Under the pieces are notes generated by a model. That model was not told the DNA's origin. It made no database searches and was given only the letters and a program-made list of their open reading frames with translations. The translations under genes and the position numbers were made by a program. Positions 55,728 through 64,000 of a stretch of 64,000 nt of DNA are shown here, piece after piece; positions within the stretch are counted from its first letter, which is position 1; each line of letters begins with the position of its first letter. This DNA comes from Octopus sinensis. Lineage: Eukaryota. The DNA is taken from contig NC_042997.1 of assembly GCF_006345805.1 (NCBI RefSeq), positions 2,294,001 to 2,358,000 on the forward strand, read 5' to 3'.

Positions 55728-56120
55728 GATGTTTGTGTGTTAAGAAGCATGATTCCCATTCACATGCCTCCGAGCTCAGCTCCACTGCTTGGCACCTTGG
55801 GTTAATTTCTCCTCCTATAGCCTCAGGTCGACTAAAGCCTTGCGAGTGGATTTGGTAGGCAGAAACTAAAAAAAAGCCCGTGCTATACATATACATAGAT
55901 ATATATGTGTGCGTGTGTGTGTGTGTCTGTTAGACATTCCACCACGATCGCTTGACAACCGCTGCTCATGTGTTTACGTCCCCGTGACTTAGGGTTCCGG
56001 CAAAAGAGACCTGTAACATAAGAACTTGCCTCACAAATAATAAATCGCGGGATCGATTTGTGCGACTAAAGGCGGTGCTCCAGCATGGCGGTAGTCAAAT
56101 GACTGAAACAACTAAGAGAA
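55728..56120 (+). mobile_element. SINE family A, full length, diverged head
   Basis: ggcaccttgggttaatttctcctcctatagcctcaggtcgactaaagcc ... aaaggcggtgctccagcatggcggtagtcaaatgactgaaacaa. Confidence 0.88.
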
Positions 56121-56184
56121 TATATATATATATATGTAAGTATGTATGTTATATATATATATAATATATATATATATATGTATG

Positions 56185-56225
<41 letters not shown>

Positions 56226-57162
56226 TATATATTATATATATAATATTATATATATATTATATATATATGTATATGTGTATATATACACATATGCAAGTGT
56301 GTATGTGTGTCAGCAAAATCGTCTTTTCATATGCGATATGTGTATACACAGACTCTCACAGAGAGAGAGAGAGAGAGGAGAAAGAGAGAGAAAGAGAGAG
56401 AAAGTGAGAGGGAATAGTCCAATTTTGACATGCATTGTGATTTTAAAGGTCCTACGTTCTTGGATAATACTGCCACAGAAATGAATTAGACAAACGTTAA
56501 TGACGGAAATTCGAAAAACCCAAATGTGACCTTATTCTGCTGTGCGTGATTCTTACGGATGCATGTTTTCTGCAAAGCAGGCTTTACTCATTCATTGAAC
56601 ACGAGAAAGGAAATGAAAAATGGAAATTCTGTTGACGTCAATGAAGTCGGCAATGATGATGTCGACCTTTACCACACCTTATTTCTTTTACTACATACAT
56701 TTTTGAAACCTTTTCAATAAGGATTGTTTCCTTAACATATTTCTGCAAAATAGAACACATCTATATATCAATGACAGCTATAGCGGGAACAGGTTTACGC
56801 ATTCAAAAGCTATCAATTATATTTGCTTGGCGAGGACAAATTAATACAACACCAGATTGAAGATACAGAATACAAAATTGATTTTTCATTTAATCTTTTG
56901 TATCAGCTTCCTTCCTGATGCTTCTATGAATTAATATTAACACCGAGGATGTATATCGATTACAGAGGATGGCAAAACACGGGGCGACGTTTGGTGATTG
57001 TGATGTAACATGTTGACATCGTCATCAATATTCTTCAATTTTTATGTGGGAGGAAAAGTTTACGAAATTTCTTGGTTATAAATTCAGTATTAGAAATGTA
57101 TCCACAGAATATTAGAGATATAAGAGTATTTCCGAATCTCAGTATGTGTTTATATATTCATA

Positions 57163-57215
<53 letters not shown>

Positions 57216-57299
57216 CGGGTATGTATATATCTATGTATCTCTGTGTCTGTGTGTGAACCCCACACACCAGCTGAAAACAGGTATGGTATGTTTACGTCA

Positions 57300-59850
57300 C
57301 TGTAATTTCGCATTGCATGGGGGCCTAGTTTTAGGTGAATGGTAAACATAATAACGATATGGTGGACTATTTTCCACATGGTTCATATAATATGGGGCCT
57401 AGCGAAGAATGCAAATAATTTAATTGTGCGATGTTCAGTGACATCTGCAATGTCATGGATATATACAATAAAACGAAGTGGACCCAGCACAGTACCATGC
57501 GGTACACCGCTGACAGCTTTTGCTGGTCTTCAGTGGATGACATCAACCACAACATGTTGGGTCCTATTTGTTAGGAAATACTTTATCCATTGAAGTAACT
57601 TTCTACCAACTCCAGCGTTGGATAGTTTTCCTAATAGTATTTGTTGTCGACTTAGTCAAAGGCCTTGCTGAAATCAAGGCATATGACATCGGTGTTGAAG
57701 CCCTCACTTAGTGTATGTAAGATGTAATCAAAATAGTGGAGGAGCTGTGTTAGCCTTTCTCACCCCGAAAGCCATGCTGGTTGCAATTTAGAAGATGATC
57801 TTAATGTAGGAAAGCTGTAATTCTTGATCTCAACACACTCTCAAATATTTTGATGATATGTGAGATGTCTGAGACTGGAAGCGATTTATACCCTTTTTTA
57901 AAGAAAGGATCGACTGACTGAGAAAGAAGGTTTTGAGTGATAAAACCGGTATCCAGTGATTTCCTTCAGAGATGTGCAAGAGGAACTGCAAATTGCTGTC
58001 AGCATTCCTTCAACACTCTAGCAGGGAACCTATGAGGACCCACTACTGAATCAGTATTAAGGAAGAATGTCGTTGATAAGGCAACAGCTTCGTTACATTG
58101 TTTCAGGACCCGCATATCATCTTTGTTGTTGATGATGATGTTGATACTCAGTGGTAGAAGCAAGGGCGATGTTCGCTTTGGGTTGGTAGTAGAGGTTCGA
58201 TACTTCTCTGGATTTCTTTCGCCAGATTCATCATGGCTAAAAATGAAGTTTGGTTTCTAGTTGTTGTTGCACTGCTGGATGCAGTCGAAATTCATGATAT
58301 TATTACCTTTGTTTTTTCAGCTTGGTTTTCTGTTCCCTGGTTTATGTGGGGGAAAGGGATCAATTATGCTGAAGTAAGCGATACATTTATTGTGGTGGTT
58401 AGACCTTGTGGAGTTGGGATCAGGAGCTGGTCAGGCGTGGTTGAATCTATTGCGGCGAGCACTCACAATATTACCGTTTTTCTCAGTGCCACTATATTTA
58501 CTAATTGAGCGTCTAGTTCCCGGTTGGGGAGTAAAAGGGCAGCTATGTTGCAAACGTATTCCTTCATGAAGAGAATAGCGGCAGATATTGGTATTCCGTT
58601 TTGTTTAAGAGGAGTTTGATGTAATTGTCTGTTCATGGATGTTCCATAGTTGATGCGGCTAGTTCCTGAGAGGTGAGTAAAAAGACAGACGTGTTGCAAG
58701 CACATGCTTTCACGGAGAGGATAACGGTAGATTTTTCAGTTCAGTTTTGTTTGTGAGTGTGAGATATGTGGTAATGGTTTGTGTACTGAAGATTTAGAGG
58801 TGAAAGATTCTGGGGAATTTGTTCCTGGTGAACTTGGTTATGCTGAGATGTTAGTCATCCTATTGCTGGGTTGTAGCGGTGAAAGACTGGTAAGGGTTAT
58901 GGTGTTAGAGACTGTAGTACTTGCTGATAATGACGATGGTGACTACGATGTCGCTGGCATCGATAATAATGGTGGTGGTGGTGCTGCTGCTGGTGACAAT
59001 GGCAGTGATGTTGCTTGAGGTGATGAAGATGGTGACGACAGTGGTGTTGTTGGTGATGATAATGGTGATGGTAGCGATGTCGCTGGTGAAGGAAATGATT
59101 AATCGGTTGTCATGGTAATCATGGATGAAGCAGATTTTGGTACGTGGGCATTAGTAGGTTAGACAGTTAACGGGTCAATAGTGGTAAGTTGTTTTCGTTC
59201 AGTAGAATCGGTGAATATTAAGCGGAATATTGTAAGATACTCATTAAGGAGGCGTATTTCGAAATACGCTTTACTTTAGATTCCACTTGTTTTGCTGTTC
59301 GATTGTCAAAACGTGGGACAATTTTAGAAGCAACGTCGCTCAGGCATGAAACTAGTGTGTTGGCTTTTTGTAAAAGGTCTAGTCAGCTGTTGAGTACAAT
59401 AACAATTTCACTCCCTGTTCAGTAAAAATTCCTTTGAACTATTTTGCTCATGGTGATAGTAGTTGCTGTCTTTTCTTTCGTTCGTTTTGCTAGTCAATAA
59501 TTTAGGTAGATTATCTTTTTTCTCTATGTGATGGAGAAAAAATAATTTTGAAAGTGAAGGGTGTTTGAGTTTTGCGCAATTATGTGATAGTTTGTAATGT
59601 ATAAATCTTGTGTATGTGACTGTTAGTTTTAAACAGCGAAAAATCATGGTGATAATACTTGCTGTAAAGTGATCTTATTTTGTTTGTATGTGTCTATTCC
59701 TTGGCACGTTTTGATAGTCAATAATTTAAGTGGATTCTCTTTTTCTCTATCTGATAGAGAAAAGATAATTTTGAAGGTGAAGGGTGTTTGAGTTTTGCGA
59801 AATTTTGTGATAGTTTAATATGTACACTCTTGTATAGATTTAAACAGAGT
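57300..59850 (-). mobile_element. CR1-type LINE relic with 5' region, ORF1 remnant and deleted ORF2
   Basis: RT motifs DVICLDFSKAFD and SGVPHGTVLGPL; 3' block MWKI ... LGPHA; ORF1 remnant MCLQHVCLFTHLSGT and DLLQKANTLVSCLSD; tandemly repeated 5' segment at 59449-59845. Confidence 0.85.
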
Positions 59851-60094
59851 TATACGAGTGAGAATTCAAAACCGTGTGCGTAAATTCTGAGTGCTTCATG
59901 AATTTAATTAATTTCATAAAATCGCAAGACGCATGTGTAGGTGCGTATATATTTAATAAAATCACAGGAGAAATCTACACTGAACTCACTAGAAATTATT
60001 TGTCTTTTGTTTTTCTACAGGTTATTGCAGGAACTATGAGGTCAAAATTAATCTTCCGTTGATTTCATATCGCAGCTTTCGCAAGATTATATGC

Positions 60095-60425
<331 letters not shown>

Positions 60426-60957
60426 AAATAGATGAGTGTATTTTACCTTGTTAACAATTAACACGAAAAAAATAATAAATAGTTACCAGGGCAGCAAAAA
60501 TCTCACAAGTAAAGGCGTTGTAACTCTTTGTTTATACAGGTAGAAACTTTGTGTTTACGTTGAATATTTTGAATAATATATGAATAAATAAATGGAGTTT
60601 AACGCAGCTGTAATCAAATATTTTTACTTTCGACACATGTTTCGAAAATTCCACTGATACTATTCAAAAGAATAAATGGTATAAACAATACAATCTTCTC
60701 AGTGAAAAAAAGGGTGAAATATAATTAATTTAATAAAATCAATAAATTTCACCTAGTAGTATTTCGGTATGGAAAGGACCATAGACTGTATGGTTTCGTT
60801 GTTTTCCTTTCTTCTTTTACCATATATGAGTTACAAATACTGTTGTTTGTGGAGACTTATTTTTGTAGTAATAGTAATATTAGCCGTTTGACTGCTATTT
60901 CTAATATTTTTGGTATGTGGTTTAAGCAACTTGTTGCAAAAAACCCTTTATTATAAT

Positions 60958-60959
<2 letters not shown>

Positions 60960-61020
<61 letters not shown>

Positions 61021-61074
61021 TATTATATATATATATATATTTAATTAATTTATATATATTATATATATATATAT

Positions 61075-61107
<33 letters not shown>

Positions 61108-61134
61108 GTATATAAATATATATATATATATATA

Positions 61135-61172
<38 letters not shown>

Positions 61173-61310
61173 ATTATATATATATATATATATATAATAT
61201 AATATATATATATATTATATATATATATATACCTACATACATACATACATAGAGACAGGCATACTTACATACATACTTACATACATATTACTTAGATAAC
61301 ATATATATAT
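60960..61310. repeat. (TA)n/(TACA)n microsatellite
   Basis: Visible repeat at the LINE 3' end. Confidence 0.97.
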
Positions 61311-61319
61311 ATTTCGACC

Positions 61320-64000
61320 AAAGATTGTTCCAATCCAAGTCTAGCATAATAGCAACACCCGATGAGATTATCTCAGTCCCTTTCAAATCAAGTTTTGTGA
61401 TATCATTGTTCATTTCAGTAGGGAGTTCTTGTGGAGTGAATTGTATCTAGGTATAGATGGCTTATCCGGTACTCCTTGAAGAAATTTGTCCAGATTCCGT
61501 TTAAATGGAATGAGCTCCTTTTCCCCCCTTGAGCTGCTTCGGGACAATATTAAATAGGGCAGAGCCTGTTGAGGAAAATATAGTGTATTGCAATGTGCTT
61601 ATATATTGTGATCATGAATTGCGTAGTGAACGAATAGCTCGTGGTCCTAGCCTTGGATGACTTTTGAAGTCAATGTTTAGCTCGTTGGGCAATGCTGGCG
61701 GTATATTCCCCACATCGTGCAAATGATGCATTGCTTACGGTGGCGCTGGAGAGAATAGAGTTCCGATGCTTTAAGGTGGTCCTAATAATCGAGATCAAAC
61801 GTGCCTTTAATCATTTTAGTGAATGACCTCTAGGATGATTCGATTTTCGAAATGTTTTGCTTGGTATGGGGAGACCACAGTGGGCACCGGTATTCGAGGT
61901 GTGACCAAAATACAGGAGGAGAAAATAGGAATGATGGCACCTTGCTCTCTGGACCAGAATGTTCTTAGGATCCACGAGCTCATCCTAATAGCTATATCGA
62001 TATTATTGTTGATGTGGGCACTCCAGCTGAGTTTGTTATCAACAATTACTCTTTCTTAGATGCTATGAGCGGTTCCACTGGAGGAAGAGAGTATGGTTGT
62101 TTTAGCATAGGTTGTCTTCCAAAATGCATCAGCTCAAATTTTCCCTCGTTTAGTTGAATTTTATTTTCTTCTGTCCTTTGAATCACAGCATATATTTCCA
62201 ATGGGAGTTCAGTTCGGTCTTTTTTATTGATACTTTTCTGGTGCTTGGAGTCATCAACGAACATTTTTATTTTGCTGTGTTTTATGACGCTGGATAGTTC
62301 GTTTATATAAACTATAATGAAGAGCGGGCCCAAGATAATCCCCTGAGTGGTACCACTAGTGATTTTTACTGGGCTTTAGTGGACTCCACCAATCACAACA
62401 TGCTGTGCTCTTTTCTCCAAGAAATACTCAATCCAGTATAGAGGTTTTCCAGGAATTCCGTCATTTGTAAATTTTGACAGTAGAATATTATGGTCAACTC
62501 TGTCGAACGCTTTATTGAAGACAAGATATATGACAACAGAGTTAAAACCAGGTCCCAAGGCGTCAAGGATATCATCTATGTGGTGTAAGGCTGTAAGTAC
62601 ATCATCGATGTACTGATTTGAATTTAGGAGTTTGTGGCTTTCCAGGAAGTCAGCTATCCTTGATCTCGCTAACTCCTCAAAAACTTTAATTATATGTGAG
62701 GTGAGATTGGGCGAAAATTGACTGCCAGGGAAATGTTTCCTTGTTTGTAAATCGGTATGACAGACTGGGATAAGTGCTGTTTCGGTATATAACCTGTGTC
62801 TGAAGAATTTCTCCAGACGTTTGTTAGAGAGAGACTGTAAGTTGGCGTCTACATCCCTTCAGGATACTAGCGGGGTAGCTATAAGGGCATACAGCAGAAT
62901 AGTAGTTGATCTCATTTATTGCTACTATGATGTCTGAAGCAGTAAAGTTTATGTCCAAGATTATATATTGGGAAACGACCTAGTTCACGTCCCTTACGGC
63001 AATATTAGTAGGATCCCTAAAGACAGAGCAGTTTTGTTTCTGCCATTTCTTTAACATCATGTTGGAGAATGCTGTTACACTCAATTAGTTTACCATTGGG
63101 TGAGACAGCGAACCTATGCTTATTTGCATATGGATAGAACACTTTGGCGTACTGTTTAATTTTAATGATTACCTGTGCAGCTCTTTGATTTTGTATGGAG
63201 GCTTTCATGATGGATTTGTCCCAACTCCAGCCTTTCAATCGTTGTTCTCTTTCGGGGGTGAAATGTGGTTGTATTTTGTTGTTGTTGTTACTGCCTTCCT
63301 CTGTTGCTGTTTATATTTATTTTTCGTTCGTTTTTCTGCCCTTCGGATGGTAGTGGTTGCATTCTGAGTTCAGGCACATCCTTAGTGATACAGACTTTTG
63401 GCACAGTTAAGGATGGAAGCAGGTGCATCCGTTGCCTTTTTTGCATCCATATTTACGATCAGGGCCATTGTTTCTGTATTTAGGACAGCTATTGGAGTTG
63501 AAAGTGTGGACAGGTTTTTCCCGTAATTCCGTATGGACAGATGCCCTTAACATGTCTACAGTATAATATAGGATGGAAAAAGAACAGTGTCTCTTGTTAG
63601 TGGTGCCGTTGGGGGCAAATATACGGTTACATTGGTAATGGTAACGACAGGATTTTTGACGTAGGCATGTTAAAGGTTTCTTCGTGTTGGCAGAATCATT
63701 TGTCAGTGGTCCAATTGCAGTAGCAGACTGTTGTTGTTGTTATTTTTTATGCTGATGCTGTTGTTGTTATTGTCGTTGCCGCCGTCGTCGTTGTCGTTGT
63801 TGTTGATGCAACAGTAGGGTTGGGTGGGATTAGGCCCCATCGAGATACCAAACGAGATTATTCCAATGTAGTAGCAATAGCAGGCTGATGTTGTTGCGGT
63901 AGTGAGTCCTGGCTCGCTACGGTAGTGTTGGGTGGAAATTGGTCAGATAGCAAAATTAAGGGATGTGTTGCTTGCTGTTGTTGTCGGGTCTTTGAAGTGA
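61320..64000 (-). mobile_element. CR1-type LINE relic running off the window; ORF1 with CCCH fingers, RT, 3' end
   Basis: VVIYLVFNKAFDRVDHNILL (62376..62558), GPLFIIVYINEL ... KMFVDDSK (62046..62333), 3' block FKSHPRLGPRAI ... FKRNLDKFLQGVPDKP homologous to 37959..38330; Cys/His-rich ORF1 at 63330-63560. Confidence 0.92.

Noticed and set aside
58779-59118. Plus-strand ORFs rich in D/G/V
   Set aside because: Antisense of the low-complexity LINE ORF1 region.
59995-60090. Strong acceptor ttgtcttttgtttttctacAG|G at 60020
   Set aside because: No credible donor before the microsatellite and no recognisable peptide; kept only as weak context for the strand-bias idea.
60632-60702. Minus-strand hammerhead-like CTGAGAAGA ... 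GAAACATGTGTC
   Set aside because: Core deviates from CUGANGA and stem I does not pair.

Overview
Eukaryotic, AT-rich, microsatellite-saturated non-coding DNA. It is most likely from an octopus (coleoid cephalopod); this is inferred from the tRNA-derived SINE families and the (TA)n/(TATC)n/(CA)n density, not from a database hit. No intact host protein-coding gene, RNA gene or CRISPR array can be supported. The window is a transposon graveyard with about 13 SINE copies of at least 3-4 families, two RTE relics, five CR1/L2-type LINE relics, four Tc1-like and three mariner-like relics, a TA-flanked MITE, a Helitron RepHel relic, a complete non-autonomous Helitron and a Penelope-like fragment. Most ORF-track entries are microsatellite or antisense artefacts. 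Best second-look items: (1) triple CCCH zinc fingers in the ORF1 of two CR1-like LINEs, which both lack the endonuclease domain and one of which has a tandemly duplicated 5' end; (2) a young RTE inserted into a SINE with an 11-bp TSD that donates an in-frame ATG; (3) a Helitron with a 41-bp palindromic terminus; (4) minimal-hammerhead-like relics; (5) a tail-to-tail SINE pair that could be an ADAR substrate; (6) a near-identical 530-bp tandem duplication. I did not find a convincing new multi-gene system. All family assignments come from reading and hand-translating the sequence, and element boundaries without TSD/TIR evidence are approximate (about +/-30 bp).
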